Below are positions 21,001 to 31,053 of a stretch of DNA of 64,000 nt, in pieces. The stretch's first letter is position 1. The number at the start of each line of letters is the position of its first letter. Location: contig CACNAX010000002.1 in NCBI GenBank assembly GCA_902618565.1, positions 3,980-67,979 on the forward strand, written 5' to 3'. Under the pieces are notes generated by a model, which was given only the letters and a program-made list of their open reading frames with translations, was not told the DNA's origin and did not search any database. The position numbers were made by a program, and so were the translations under genes. The stretch is from an uncultured Pelagibacteraceae bacterium. Its GTDB lineage: Bacteria; Pseudomonadota; Alphaproteobacteria; Pelagibacterales; Pelagibacteraceae.

Positions 21001-21078
21001 ATGGAAAACAAAAATATTAATGTGACCGTTTCTGACCCAATTTTTTTAGACAAGGAGAATAAAAGAATAAATGCTTGA
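18076..21078 (+). CDS. soxA: sarcosine oxidase family, alpha subunit
   Basis: GDTLASALLANG, RSFKYHRPRG, EHVKRYTTTGMATDQGK, GcvT-like folate-binding C-terminus (DASTLGKI, DDGV, ISFTGELSYEI, LRAEKG). Confidence 0.94.
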   Translation: MPYYRIHKTEYIDETKRVSFKYDGKTYFGYEGDTLASALLANGVHLVGRSFKYHRPRGIVSCGAEEPNAICQIGSKKDLTEPNVRATELELYEGLEASSQNCWPNVKFDIGGINNFISPLIPAGFYYKTFMWPKSFWKKVYEPLIRLSAGLGKSPTEPDPDIYDHKHVHYDVLVIGGGISGIISAKMAAKNNLKTLLVDDKKILGGSTIYQNNESIKIDDKLSSEWLKNEIQEIKKLSNLTIKTRTSIAAYHGYNFLLAKENLTDHLPEEKKKNKIRQRLWKIRAKKVVIATGSIERPLVFNNNDRPGILLSNSINKYLDYYGVTCGENIILFTNNDSAYETSISLHKKGIKNLIVDLRKSASSELIKEAQSLGIKIYFNHVVTNTFGYRKINSLEIMKLSEDGNTTVGNIIKLSCDCLGMSGGWTPMVHMHTQSGGKLNFRDDDQVFLPKENSEDQISVGSCNGDFDLENIIDKTVNKINKFLDIDNQDYQDTNIICSKENDKRNIWLLPNKVPLGKTKCFIDFQNDSTAKDIKLALKEGFRSIEHVKRYTTTGMATDQGKLSNMHALGIIADTAGVKMGTLGTTTFRPPFTPLTFGTLVGRNVGKFFEVVRKTSMHEWHVENKAEFENVGQWKRPWYYAKNGENMHDAVQRESKAARDSAGILDASTLGKIDIQGTDASEFLNRVYTNAWSKLAIGKCRYGLMLNEDGMVYDDGVTTRISENHYLMTTTTGGAANVLSKLEDYLQTEWPELDVYLTSVTDHYSTASICGPNSKKILNKLFPNLDLSDENFPHMSFKEDNLENINCRIMRISFTGELSYEINIESKYGHSLWKMCIEAGKEFNLTPYGTETMHLLRAEKGFIIVGQDTDGTMTPSDLQMDWIVSKKKYDFIGKRSLYRSDTIREDRKQLVGLLTDDPKEILEEGAQIVSDIKSKPIDMLGHVTSSYFSPNLNKSIALAVVRSGKTMKGQKLIIPMENKNINVTVSDPIFLDKENKRINA

Positions 21079-21619
21079 CATCTTACATCCAAATATTTCG
21101 AATATTAATAAAAACAATATCGATATTAATTTATCTGAAGAAAAAATTAAAATTAATATCAGGGGAAAAACTAAAGAATTTTTTACAAAAGTGGGTAAAA
21201 TTCTATCTATTATTTTACCTTCTGAGTCAAATAACAGTTCATCAAATGAAAACTATGATGTTTTGTGGCTAAGTCCGGATGAATGGATGATATATTTTGA
21301 TGAAAATAAAAATTCACATATTTTTGATCAACTTTACAAAGATATTTCGTCTTTAAATTTTGGATCAATTACTGATATCTCTTCACAATTAATTTGCATA
21401 AATATAAAAGGAGAAAATATATTTGAATTATTATCATCTGGATCACCTTTTAATTTCGAAAAATTTAAAAATAATGTTGGTTCATCAACACAAACAATAG
21501 TAAATCATATTGATGTAATTCTTCACCACAAGTCAAAGAATAATGTTAATTTATTTGTAAGAAGATCGTTTTCAGAACACCTTTATGAATGGTTAGTTGA
21601 TAGCTCTAATTTTGTCTAA
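21071..21619 (+). CDS. soxG: sarcosine oxidase family, gamma subunit
   Basis: LWLSPDEW, VRRSF..LYEWL motifs; last gene of soxBDAG. Confidence 0.88.
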   Translation: MLDILHPNISNINKNNIDINLSEEKIKINIRGKTKEFFTKVGKILSIILPSESNNSSSNENYDVLWLSPDEWMIYFDENKNSHIFDQLYKDISSLNFGSITDISSQLICINIKGENIFELLSSGSPFNFEKFKNNVGSSTQTIVNHIDVILHHKSKNNVNLFVRRSFSEHLYEWLVDSSNFV

Positions 21620-22942
21620 TTTATAATTCAAATAAAAATAAGTATAACCAAGATACATCAGAGAGAAAATCCAATTGAATATTACCCATAACCAAAAAAA
21701 TTCAGAAAAGTCAGAATTAAAATAAATTGCAGTATAAAATACGACAAATGGAAAAATTCCATTACGGCAAATATTAGCAATTAATGCGTTTTCAGCTTTT
21801 TTCAAAGCCATAAAAAAACCATTTGATAAAAAAAATATTGGATAAGCTGGAAGCACAAAGGCTGAAATCTCTAAATATAATTTTCCAAATTCAACGACCT
21901 CTAAATCTTTTGAAAATAATTTTGTTATCATTTCAGCACCAAAATAAATAATAAAAGAAGAAATAAACATTATAATGAAAGCATATTTTATAGCTTGGAA
22001 GTACGTTTCTTTAATTCTTAAAATATTTCGTGCACCAAAATTTTGAGCAATAATTGTGATAATTGCTGTATTTATTCCCAAGATTGGCAATAAAACAACT
22101 TGTTCTATTTTGGTGCCAGCCCCATAACCAGCTGCTGCATATTCTCCTGATAAACCTGCATATTTGAATACAATAGCAGAAGCAATTGAATAACCGCAAA
22201 TTGAAATTATTATTGGCATAGATTGAAAAAAAATATTTTTTAAAAAAAAAAATTTAGGAATAAAATAAGAAATAAGTATGTTTTTAAATAAATTACTTTT
22301 TAAAACTTTTATAAATATAATTAAAAAAGCAACTGTTTGAGCAATTAAAGTTGCGATCGCGATACCCTTCATGCCCAAAGCCGGAATGAAATAAAAGCCA
22401 AATATTAAAATTGGATTTAACAATATATTTAAAAAAAAAGATAATATTAAAGCATTTCTATAAGTTTTCGTATCGCCTTCTGCATGAAGTAATGAATTTA
22501 ATGCAACAACTAAAATAAAAATAAACGAACCAAGAAAAATGATATCTGTATATTGTAAGCCAAGATTTATTACCTCGTTAGTTGAACCCATAATTGAAAA
22601 AAGGTCTGATGCATAATTTAAACCAATAAAAGCAATCAACAGAATTATCGAAAAAGAAAAGAAAATTAATTGGCAGAAATAAATTGAGGCATTTTTATTA
22701 TTTTTTTCTCCAATGCTATTACCTATCAGTGATGTACCTGCAACTGTGATACCAATAGATGAGGCAATAATAATAAAATAAATTGGAAAAGATTTTGTTA
22801 AAGCTGACAAGGCTTCAGGTGATATTTTTCCTGCAAAATATGTATCAGCAATATTATATAACGTTTGAAAGAGTGTGCCTACCGATGCAGGTATTGCTAA
22901 TTTTTTAATTAATTCTTTGATGTCATCACTTAATATATTCAT
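21593..22942 (-). CDS. MATE family multidrug/ion antiporter
   Basis: LAIPA..QTLYNIADT, GDTK, NILLNPILIFG, GMKGIAIAT, QNFGA; many hydrophobic segments. Confidence 0.9.
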   Translation of the reverse strand: MNILSDDIKELIKKLAIPASVGTLFQTLYNIADTYFAGKISPEALSALTKSFPIYFIIIASSIGITVAGTSLIGNSIGEKNNKNASIYFCQLIFFSFSIILLIAFIGLNYASDLFSIMGSTNEVINLGLQYTDIIFLGSFIFILVVALNSLLHAEGDTKTYRNALILSFFLNILLNPILIFGFYFIPALGMKGIAIATLIAQTVAFLIIFIKVLKSNLFKNILISYFIPKFFFLKNIFFQSMPIIISICGYSIASAIVFKYAGLSGEYAAAGYGAGTKIEQVVLLPILGINTAIITIIAQNFGARNILRIKETYFQAIKYAFIIMFISSFIIYFGAEMITKLFSKDLEVVEFGKLYLEISAFVLPAYPIFFLSNGFFMALKKAENALIANICRNGIFPFVVFYTAIYFNSDFSEFFWLWVIFNWIFSLMYLGYTYFYLNYKLDKIRAIN

Positions 22943-22946
22943 TATA

Positions 22947-23819
22947 TCATTTTTTTGAATTTATCATTTGATTGTGCCTCATTGTGAAACGTTTTATTTG
23001 ATCATTTGTCAATTTATCAAAACAATTTGGACATGATAGGCCTACTTTATACTTTTTTGATTTGGTTAGTTTTTTATGCAATGGCATTCTACAACCACCA
23101 CAAACAGTATAATTTCCAATTTCTAGATTTTTTTTAATAGTCACTCTTTTATCAAAAACAAAACATTCACCATTCCACTTACTTTTTTTTGGATCAGTTT
23201 TTTTAAAATAATTTAAGATACCACCCTTAAGCATATAAACATTTTTAAAACCTTTATTGTTAAGATAATTAGACGCTTTTTCACACCTGATACCACCGGT
23301 GCAAAACATCCCTATTGATTGATCTTTATTAAATTTTGATAAATAATTTTTAAAATCTCTAAAATTTTTAGTTTCTGGGTTAAGAGCATTTTTAAATGTA
23401 CCAATCTTATATTCAAAAGGTTTTCTGGCATCAATCAGTTTAATATTTTTTTTAGATATAAATTCATCCCATTTTTTAGGTGATAAATATTTTTTATTAA
23501 AAAAATTTTTAAAATTAATTTTTTTATTAATTGGAACCACTTCATCTTTTATTTTAACTTTATTTTTTGAGTATGGTAATATTTTTGAGTTAATTTTATT
23601 TTGAATATCAAACTTATCAATTGACAAGATTTTTTTTATTTTTGTAATTGCAGGTTTAATTTTTGTATGACTACCTGATATTGTGCCATTAATTCCTTCA
23701 GGAGATAATATTATGAGACCTTTAATATCAAGTTTATTAGTTTCTTTTAAAATATTTTTTTTAATAATTTTTAATTTATTAAGTTTTGATATTTTATAAA
23801 AAGATAAGATTTCAAACAT
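22947..23819 (-). CDS. trhO: rhodanese-domain tRNA uridine(34) hydroxylase (UPF0176/TrhO family)
   Basis: EGINGT, KVKIKDEVV, IDAR..EYKIGTF, FCTGGIRCEKAS, LKGGILNY, WNGECFVFDKR, C-terminal Cys pairs; ATG at 23819. Confidence 0.9.
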   Translation of the reverse strand: MFEILSFYKISKLNKLKIIKKNILKETNKLDIKGLIILSPEGINGTISGSHTKIKPAITKIKKILSIDKFDIQNKINSKILPYSKNKVKIKDEVVPINKKINFKNFFNKKYLSPKKWDEFISKKNIKLIDARKPFEYKIGTFKNALNPETKNFRDFKNYLSKFNKDQSIGMFCTGGIRCEKASNYLNNKGFKNVYMLKGGILNYFKKTDPKKSKWNGECFVFDKRVTIKKNLEIGNYTVCGGCRMPLHKKLTKSKKYKVGLSCPNCFDKLTNDQIKRFTMRHNQMINSKK

Positions 23820-23821
23820 AA

Positions 23822-24469
23822 TTACCAACAAACTGTAAAACCATCACCAATTGGTAAAATATACTTATTAATAGATGATTTTTTTATGTATTTATTAAAC
23901 TCTCTTAATTTTATCGTTAATTTGTCTTTTATCTTTGGATTTGCAACATCTCCTTTCCAAAGTGTATTATCAATTAAAATTAAACCCTTTTTACTTTTTA
24001 ACTTAAGAGACTGTCTAAAATAATTTATATAATTTTCTTTATCTGCATCAATTAATATCACATCATATTTTTCCTTTTTCTTAATTAAATTTTCAAGGGC
24101 AATTTTTCCATTGTTACAAATAAGATTTATTTTTTTATCTTGCTTTGCTTCTTTAAAAAACTTAATTGCCTCATTATTAGTTTTTAAATTTTTATCTATG
24201 CCAATTAATTTGCAATTCTTAGGTAAAGCAAGTGCTGCAGATAAAATACTGTAACCTGTAAAAGTGCCAATTTCTAAATATGATTTATAGTTATTAATTT
24301 TTATGATAAATTGTATGAAGTTAGCTTGTAGAATTGAAATTTGTAATTTTTTAATATGACCAAGTTTTTCGTTATATTTTAATAATTTTTTTTGTACTTT
24401 GTGAAGATTATTTGTATGTGAAAAAATATAATTGATCATATTTTGATCAATTATGAAATTTTTATCCAT
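23822..24469 (-). CDS. class I SAM-dependent O-methyltransferase (caffeoyl-CoA OMT/COMT/TrmR-like family)
   Basis: [26 protein letters not shown] (metal-binding D/D/N), LPIGDG. Confidence 0.88.
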   Translation of the reverse strand: MDKNFIIDQNMINYIFSHTNNLHKVQKKLLKYNEKLGHIKKLQISILQANFIQFIIKINNYKSYLEIGTFTGYSILSAALALPKNCKLIGIDKNLKTNNEAIKFFKEAKQDKKINLICNNGKIALENLIKKKEKYDVILIDADKENYINYFRQSLKLKSKKGLILIDNTLWKGDVANPKIKDKLTIKLREFNKYIKKSSINKYILPIGDGFTVCW

Positions 24470-25928
24470 TCAACTTTTCTTTTAATATTTTGTTTATTAA
24501 TTGTGGATTGCCTTTTCCTTTACTTTCTTTCATGGCTTGACCAACAAAAAAGCCAAATAATTTATCTTTACCAGATTTATATTCAGCAACCTTATCTGAA
24601 TTATTTTCAATAACTTTATTTATCAATTCCTCAATCGCTTTTGGATCGCTTTCTTGTTTTAAACCTTTTTCTTTTACTATTATTAATGGATCTTGATCTC
24701 CATCTATCATTTGTTCAAAAACTGTTTTAGCTATTTTTCCTGATATGGTCCCATCTTTTATAAGATTAATAAGTTTTGATAGATTTTTAGCACTAACTGG
24801 GCTTTGTGATATTTCTAAATTTTTTTCATTTAAAACTGCAAATAATTCACCTGTAATCCAGTTTGTTGCTAATTTAACATCTGAATTTTTTATAACTTCT
24901 TCAAAGAAATTTGATGTTTCAATGTCAGATACCAAAATTGTTGCTTCATATGGTGAAAGATTAAATTTATCTATAAACCTTTTTTTCTTTTCATCTGGTA
25001 ATTCAGGTATATCTGATTTTATTTTTTCAATTAACTCTTGGCTTATTTCAAGCGGTAATAGATCTGGGTCTGGAAAATATCTGTAATCATGCGCGTCTTC
25101 TTTTGATCTCATAGATCTTGTCTCATTTCTTTTAGTGTCAAAAAGTCTTGTTTCCTGATCTATTTCTTTCCCATCCTCTAACAAATCTATTTGTCTATTT
25201 GCTTCGGATATTATTGCCATTTGCATAAATTTAATTGAATTAACATTTTTAATTTCACACCTAGTTCCGAATTCAGTCTCCCCTTTTAATCTTACTGATA
25301 CATTAACATCTGCCCTCAAAGAGCCTTCTTGCATATTGCCATCACATGTTCCTAAATATCTCATTATCGATCTTAATTTTTTTATATAAACGTTGACTTC
25401 ATCTGGAGATCTCAAATCAGGTTTACTTACTATTTCCATTAAAGCCACTCCAGATCTATTTAAATCGACTAATGTATTATTTGGATCAATATCATGAATA
25501 CTTTTACCTGCATCTTGCTCTAAGTGTAATCTTTCAATTCCAATTTCTTTTTGACCATTCGGCATATCCAAAATTACTTTTCCTTCACCGACAATTGGAT
25601 ATTTGTATTGAGAGATTTGATATCCTTGAGGTAAATCTGCATAAAAATAATTTTTTCTATCAAAGACAGATTTTTTATTTATTTTAGCTTTAAGTCCTAT
25701 TCCAGTTTTAATTGCTTGTTCAATACAAAATTCATTTATAACTGGTAACATTCCTGGAAATGCTGCATCTACGAGACTAACTTGTGTATTTGGTTCTGCA
25801 CCAAATTTTGTTGATGATTGAGAGAAAAGTTTAGACTCTGAAGTAACTTGAGCGTGCACTTCTAAACCAATTATCACTTCATATTGTTTATTTTCTCTTT
25901 CAATAAGATATTCACTATTTTTACTCAC
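24462..25928 (-). CDS. gatB: Asp/Glu-tRNA amidotransferase subunit B
   Basis: [55 protein letters not shown]. Confidence 0.98.
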   Translation of the reverse strand: MSKNSEYLIERENKQYEVIIGLEVHAQVTSESKLFSQSSTKFGAEPNTQVSLVDAAFPGMLPVINEFCIEQAIKTGIGLKAKINKKSVFDRKNYFYADLPQGYQISQYKYPIVGEGKVILDMPNGQKEIGIERLHLEQDAGKSIHDIDPNNTLVDLNRSGVALMEIVSKPDLRSPDEVNVYIKKLRSIMRYLGTCDGNMQEGSLRADVNVSVRLKGETEFGTRCEIKNVNSIKFMQMAIISEANRQIDLLEDGKEIDQETRLFDTKRNETRSMRSKEDAHDYRYFPDPDLLPLEISQELIEKIKSDIPELPDEKKKRFIDKFNLSPYEATILVSDIETSNFFEEVIKNSDVKLATNWITGELFAVLNEKNLEISQSPVSAKNLSKLINLIKDGTISGKIAKTVFEQMIDGDQDPLIIVKEKGLKQESDPKAIEELINKVIENNSDKVAEYKSGKDKLFGFFVGQAMKESKGKGNPQLINKILKEKLNG

Positions 25929-27381
25929 TTAACCACCAGTCTGAAATATCATTTTTAAAATTAATCTTATCTTCTAATGCATAAGAAATATTAAGTATAT
26001 TTTGCTCATCAAAAGGTTTTCCAATTACTTGAAGGCCTAAAGGATAATTATTTTTATCTTTACCAGCTGGAATAGAAATACCTGGTAAGCCTGCTAGATT
26101 TATTGGAACTGTAAATATATCATTTAAATACATTGATACTGGATCATTTGTTTTTTCACCGATTTTAAATGCTGAGCTTGGAGTAGATGGAGTTAAAATT
26201 GCATCAACTTTAGAAAAGGCATCATCAAAATCTTTTTTTATTAATTGTCTTACCTTCTGCGCTTTTAGATAATAGGCATCATAGTATCCAGAAGATAAAA
26301 CATAAGTTCCAATCATAATTCTTCTTTTAACTTCATCACCAAAACCTTCAGATCTAGTTTTTTCGTACATTTCTATTAAATTTTGACCAGGAGATCTAAA
26401 TCCATATTTAACACCATCATATCTAGCTAGATTTGAAGATGCTTCAGCTGGTGCAACTATATAATAAGTTGGTAATGCGTAATTAGTATGTGGAAGCGAA
26501 ATATCGATAATTTCTGCTCCGCAATCTTTTGCATATGAGATACCATTTTTCCATAGCTGTTCAATTTCGTCAGGCATATTGTCAACTCTATATTCTTTAG
26601 GAATACCAATTTTCTTTCCTTTAATATCTTTTGATAATTCTTTTGAATAATAATTTCTTTTGTAATCAATTGAAGTTGAATCTTTTTGATCAAATGAAGA
26701 GATCACCTCTAAAAGCATTGAACAGTCTCTTACATTTTTCGTCATAGGTCCTGCTTGATCTAAAGATGAAGCAAATGCTACAATTCCATAACGAGAACAA
26801 CTTCCATATGTAGGTTTAAGTCCAACAGTTCCTGTAAATGATGCTGGTTGACGAATAGATCCACCTGTATCTGTTCCAATGGTAACTGGAGTTAAATTTG
26901 CAGCAACAGCTGCAGAAGAACCTCCTGAAGATCCACCAGGAACTAAATTTTCTCCTACTGGATTTTGAACATTTCCAAAAAAACTAGTTTCATTTGAAGA
27001 GCCCATAGCAAATTCATCACAATTAAGTTTACCAAGAAGTATTGCTCCTTGACTCCATAAATTTTGAGTAACTGTAGACTCATATGTGGGAACGAAGTTA
27101 TTTAATATTTTGCTACCTGCCGTTGTTCTAACTCCATTTGTACAAAATAAATCTTTAACAGCAATAGGAATACCTGGTAGTTTAGAGTCTAAGTTAGGAT
27201 TAGAATCAAATTTCTTTGATTGATCTATTGCTTTCTCAAAATTATCCGTAACATAAACATTTAATTTTTTTGATTTTTCAGCACGACTTATAAATGCTTT
27301 AGTAATTTCCTCTGACGATAGTTTTTTTTCTTTTATATTCGATGTTAATTCGAATAAACTTTGACTTGTTATATCTGACAT
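25921..27381 (-). CDS. gatA: Asp/Glu-tRNA amidotransferase subunit A
   Basis: amidase signature [25 protein letters not shown]; [10 protein letters not shown]. Confidence 0.98.
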   Translation of the reverse strand: MSDITSQSLFELTSNIKEKKLSSEEITKAFISRAEKSKKLNVYVTDNFEKAIDQSKKFDSNPNLDSKLPGIPIAVKDLFCTNGVRTTAGSKILNNFVPTYESTVTQNLWSQGAILLGKLNCDEFAMGSSNETSFFGNVQNPVGENLVPGGSSGGSSAAVAANLTPVTIGTDTGGSIRQPASFTGTVGLKPTYGSCSRYGIVAFASSLDQAGPMTKNVRDCSMLLEVISSFDQKDSTSIDYKRNYYSKELSKDIKGKKIGIPKEYRVDNMPDEIEQLWKNGISYAKDCGAEIIDISLPHTNYALPTYYIVAPAEASSNLARYDGVKYGFRSPGQNLIEMYEKTRSEGFGDEVKRRIMIGTYVLSSGYYDAYYLKAQKVRQLIKKDFDDAFSKVDAILTPSTPSSAFKIGEKTNDPVSMYLNDIFTVPINLAGLPGISIPAGKDKNNYPLGLQVIGKPFDEQNILNISYALEDKINFKNDISDWWLSE

Positions 27382-27668
27382 TATTCAACAACCTTTGGTA
27401 CAACAAAAAAATCTTTATTTTCTTCAGGTGAGTTTTTTAAAATTTTTTCTCTGATATTTTCTGATTTTATTTCATCTTTTCTAAATCTTAGAGTAGTCTC
27501 AGCAATTGATGTTAAAGCTTGAACATTATCAGTATTTAATTCATTTAATTTTTCTATAAATTCAAATATATTATTTAAGTCGCCCTTTAATTTGTTAGCT
27601 TTTTCATCATCAATAGAAATTCTTGCTAATTTCGAAATATGCTTTACTGTTTTAAGATCTATACTCAT
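27381..27668 (-). CDS. gatC: Asp/Glu-tRNA amidotransferase subunit C
   Basis: [26 protein letters not shown]; start corrected to the ATG at 27668. Confidence 0.95.
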   Translation of the reverse strand: MSIDLKTVKHISKLARISIDDEKANKLKGDLNNIFEFIEKLNELNTDNVQALTSIAETTLRFRKDEIKSENIREKILKNSPEENKDFFVVPKVVE

Positions 27669-27717
27669 ATGGTAAAAATATTGCCGCAAACTATCACTTA
27701 AGTAAATAATATACAAT

Positions 27718-28173
27718 ATGATCACAATTGAGGAATTTAAAAAGAAACAGCTAAATACATCTAGATTAATTGGTCTTGATTTAGGTTCAAAGAGAATTGG
27801 TATAGCTATATGTGATGAAAATCAAAAAATTGCCACACCGCTTAAAACAATAAACAAATCCAAATTTGAGGATCTTATCAATGAATTAGAGGATATTATT
27901 AAAGAAAATAATATTAAAGGAATAATTATTGGTAATCCAATAAATATGGACGGAAACTTTGGTAAATCTTCTCAATCAGTCAATGATGTGTCAAAAGCAA
28001 TATCAAAAGAAATTGATCTTCCAATAAGTCTTTGGGATGAAAGATTATCAACAGTTGGGGCGTTTAAATTAACTAAAAATTTAGGTATTAACGTAACTAA
28101 AAGAGAAAAAAATATAGATAAAAATGCTGCTGCATTTATCTTACAGGGTGCCATAGATTTTATTAATAATTAA
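27718..28173 (+). CDS. yqgF: YqgF/RuvX family nuclease (pre-16S rRNA processing)
   Basis: GLDLGSKRIGIA, GNPINMDG, WDERLST, IDKNAAAFILQ. Confidence 0.93.
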   Translation: MITIEEFKKKQLNTSRLIGLDLGSKRIGIAICDENQKIATPLKTINKSKFEDLINELEDIIKENNIKGIIIGNPINMDGNFGKSSQSVNDVSKAISKEIDLPISLWDERLSTVGAFKLTKNLGINVTKREKNIDKNAAAFILQGAIDFINN

Positions 28174-28176
28174 TAC

Positions 28177-28205
28177 TTGCATTAATCAACCTTTGTGGCT
28201 ATAGA
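28177..28205 (+). promoter_or_regulatory. putative sigma70 promoter of pyrB
   Basis: TTGCAT (28177-28182) - 17 nt - TATAGA (28200-28205); ATG follows after 10 nt. Confidence 0.45.
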
Positions 28206-28215
28206 GTTGGTTTTA

Positions 28216-29154
28216 ATGGCAACTAAAACCAAAGCTATTAAAATTTCTCAAAAACATCTCCTAGGTATTCAAGATTTATCAATAAATGATGTTAATTTAA
28301 TCTTAAAAGAAGCTGAAAAATTTATTGAATTAAACAAAAGTAAAAATAAAAAATTAGATTTACTTAAGGGAAAAACACAAATTAACCTTTTTTTTGAACC
28401 ATCAACAAGAACACAAAGCTCCTTTGAACTAGCAGGAAAAAGATTGGGTGCAGATGTTATGTCAATGAATATAACAAACTCAGCAATTAAAAAAGGTGAA
28501 ACGCTAATAGACACTGCAATGACATTAAATGCAATGCATCCTGATATAATAGTTATTAGACATCAAGATTCAGGAGCTTGTAATCTTTTATCTCAAAAAG
28601 TTAATTGTGCTGTTTTAAATGCTGGTGATGGAAGGAGAGAGCACCCTACCCAAGCATTACTTGATGCATTAACTATATTGAATAGGAAAAAAAAAATTCA
28701 AGGATTAAAGGTTGCAATTTGTGGAGATATTCTACATTCAAGAGTAGCAAGATCTAATATTTACTTGCTAAACATGTTGGGTGCCGAAGTTAACATTGTA
28801 GCTCCTTCAAACCTTTTACCAAAAGATATAGAGAAATTTGGAGTTAATATTTTTTCAAATATGAAGAAAGGTGTAAAAGATTGCGACATAGTAATGATGC
28901 TTAGACTTCAAAATGAAAGAATGAGTAGTTCATTCTTGTCATCTAATAGAGAGTATTATGAATACTATGGACTAACACAGGATAAATTAGAATATGCAAA
29001 ATCTGATTCAATTATTATGCATCCTGGTCCAATGAACCGCGGTATTGAAATTGATACAAAACTAGCTGATGACACCAATATGAGTGTTGTAAAAGAACAA
29101 GTTGAATTAGGTGTTGCGATAAGAATGGCATGTTTAAAAATTTTTTGTGAATGA
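28216..29154 (+). CDS. pyrB: aspartate carbamoyltransferase catalytic subunit
   Basis: [49 protein letters not shown]; ATG at 28216. Confidence 0.97.
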   Translation: MATKTKAIKISQKHLLGIQDLSINDVNLILKEAEKFIELNKSKNKKLDLLKGKTQINLFFEPSTRTQSSFELAGKRLGADVMSMNITNSAIKKGETLIDTAMTLNAMHPDIIVIRHQDSGACNLLSQKVNCAVLNAGDGRREHPTQALLDALTILNRKKKIQGLKVAICGDILHSRVARSNIYLLNMLGAEVNIVAPSNLLPKDIEKFGVNIFSNMKKGVKDCDIVMMLRLQNERMSSSFLSSNREYYEYYGLTQDKLEYAKSDSIIMHPGPMNRGIEIDTKLADDTNMSVVKEQVELGVAIRMACLKIFCE

Positions 29155-30440
29155 TGAAAAAAAAATACTTTATTAACGCAAATATAATTGATCCTCATAA
29201 CAACATAAGTGAAATAGGAGGATTAATAATAGGAGAAGATGGAAAAATTGAAGGTGTTGGCAAAAAGGTGAATAAAAACAATATTCCTAGTAGAGAAAAA
29301 GTTATTGATTTAAAAGAGAATTATATTTTCCCAGGTATAGTTGATATGAGAGTATTTGTCGGCGAGCCAGGTTATGAATATAAAGAAAATTTTAGAACTT
29401 TGAGCAATGCTGCATTATCTGGGGGAGTAACTTCAGTTGTAACAATGCCTAATACTGATCCAATAATCGACAACGTTTCAATAGTAGACTTTTTAAAAAG
29501 ACGAGGAAGAGATAAATCAAAAATTAATATATTTCCCACAGCTTCTCTAACAAAGGGCACTGAAGGTACAAATATGACAGAGTTTGGTCTTCTGCAAAGT
29601 AAAGGGATAATAGCATTTACAGATGGAATTAAAACAATTCAAAATACAAGAGTTATGTCCAGAATAATGAATTCAGCAAAAGATTTAGGATCTTTAATAA
29701 TGCAACATGCGGAAGATCAAGAATTAGCTGAAAATGGCATGATAAATGATGGAATAATTTCGACAAAACTTGGTTTGCAAGGTATCCCAGAAATAGCTGA
29801 ACTAATAATTATAGAGAGAGATTTAACATTATTAGAAGAATATAATTGTCGTTATCACATTTCTCAGATTTCATCAGGAAAAGCAGTTGAAATTATTAAA
29901 CATAGAAAAGATAAAGTAAGATTTTCCTGTGGGGTATCAATAAATAATTTATCTTTAAATGAAAATGATATTGGTGACTTTAGAACTTTTTTAAAATTGT
30001 CACCGCCACTTAGAACTGAAGATGATAGATTAAGTTTAGTGCAAGGACTAAATGATGGTACAATCGATGTAATAGTTTCAGATCACAAACCTGAAGATGA
30101 AGAGCAAAAAAGATTAACATTTGCTCAAGCAGCAACGGGAGCAACTGGTATTGAAACTTTATTATCCTTGTCGTTAGAATTATATCACAATGGATCTGTA
30201 AAACTTGAAAAAATTATTGCTGCATTAACCTCCAATCCAGCAAAAATTTTGAAAATCAATAAAGGTAATTTATCCGTAGGTAATGATGCAGATTTCTGTA
30301 TTGTGGATATAAATAAACCTTGGATAGTAAAGCAAGAAAATTTGGTTTCTAAATCAAAAAATACGTCAATTGAAAATAAGAGATTACAAGGAAAAGTGAC
30401 CAATACATACGTAAAAGGACAAGAGCTTTACAATATTTAA
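29151..30440 (+). CDS. pyrC: dihydroorotase-like protein lacking the HxH metal ligands (PyrC'-type)
   Basis: [26 protein letters not shown] fold motifs; [10 protein letters not shown] where active enzymes have DxHxHxREPG. Confidence 0.85.
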   Translation: MMKKKYFINANIIDPHNNISEIGGLIIGEDGKIEGVGKKVNKNNIPSREKVIDLKENYIFPGIVDMRVFVGEPGYEYKENFRTLSNAALSGGVTSVVTMPNTDPIIDNVSIVDFLKRRGRDKSKINIFPTASLTKGTEGTNMTEFGLLQSKGIIAFTDGIKTIQNTRVMSRIMNSAKDLGSLIMQHAEDQELAENGMINDGIISTKLGLQGIPEIAELIIIERDLTLLEEYNCRYHISQISSGKAVEIIKHRKDKVRFSCGVSINNLSLNENDIGDFRTFLKLSPPLRTEDDRLSLVQGLNDGTIDVIVSDHKPEDEEQKRLTFAQAATGATGIETLLSLSLELYHNGSVKLEKIIAALTSNPAKILKINKGNLSVGNDADFCIVDINKPWIVKQENLVSKSKNTSIENKRLQGKVTNTYVKGQELYNI

Positions 30441-31013
30441 ATGGAAATTTTTATTTTATCACTTTTATCATATTTATTAGGTTCTATTCCTTTTGGTTTT
30501 TTATTAACAAAAATTTTTTTAAAAAAAGATATAAGAGGAACAGGATCAGGTAATATAGGCGCTACTAATGTTTTAAGAACTGGTAATAAATTTTTAGGTT
30601 ACTCAACTTTAATACTAGACATTTTAAAAGCGGTTTTGCCAATAATTTATGTTAAATTAAATTATCCAGAATTTATTTACATTTGTTCACTATCTGTTTT
30701 TTTAGGACATGTTTTTCCAATATGGTTAAAATTTAAAGGTGGTAAGGGTGTTGCAACATATGTTGGAATGTTGATTATTCTAAATTATTTTTTAGGTATT
30801 GTTTTTGGTATTGTTTGGGTAATTACATATTTAATTTCTAAATATTCATCGTTAGGATCAATTCTTGGATCATTAAGTATTCCTATTTTTATATTTTTTT
30901 ATAGCAATGATAACATTATGTTCTACTTCATAATGTTTATTTTAATTTTTTACACTCATAGAGAAAACGTTAAACGCTTGATAAATAAAGAAGAAACTAA
31001 GACAAAAATTTAA
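30441..31013 (+). CDS. plsY: glycerol-3-phosphate acyltransferase (acyl-phosphate)
   Basis: YLLGSIPFG, GSGNIGATNVLR, GHVFPIWLKFKGGKGVAT, HRENVKRL. Confidence 0.97.
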   Translation: MEIFILSLLSYLLGSIPFGFLLTKIFLKKDIRGTGSGNIGATNVLRTGNKFLGYSTLILDILKAVLPIIYVKLNYPEFIYICSLSVFLGHVFPIWLKFKGGKGVATYVGMLIILNYFLGIVFGIVWVITYLISKYSSLGSILGSLSIPIFIFFYSNDNIMFYFIMFILIFYTHRENVKRLINKEETKTKI

Positions 31014-31017
31014 TAAT

Positions 31018-31045
31018 TTGACAGTTTAACTGTTTTAAGTACGTT
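31018..31045 (+). promoter_or_regulatory. putative sigma70 promoter of topA with overlapping 13-bp palindrome
   Basis: TTGACA (31018-31023) - 16 nt - TACGTT (31040-31045); ACAGTT-T-AACTGT at 31021-31033. Confidence 0.55.
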
Positions 31046-31053
31046 CTCTAAAT

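Noticed and set aside
27669-27725. N-terminal extension of gatC in the ORF track (similarly ribD 2985-3047 and folK 12827-12886)
   Set aside because: Longest-ORF artefacts overlapping neighbouring genes; family homology begins downstream
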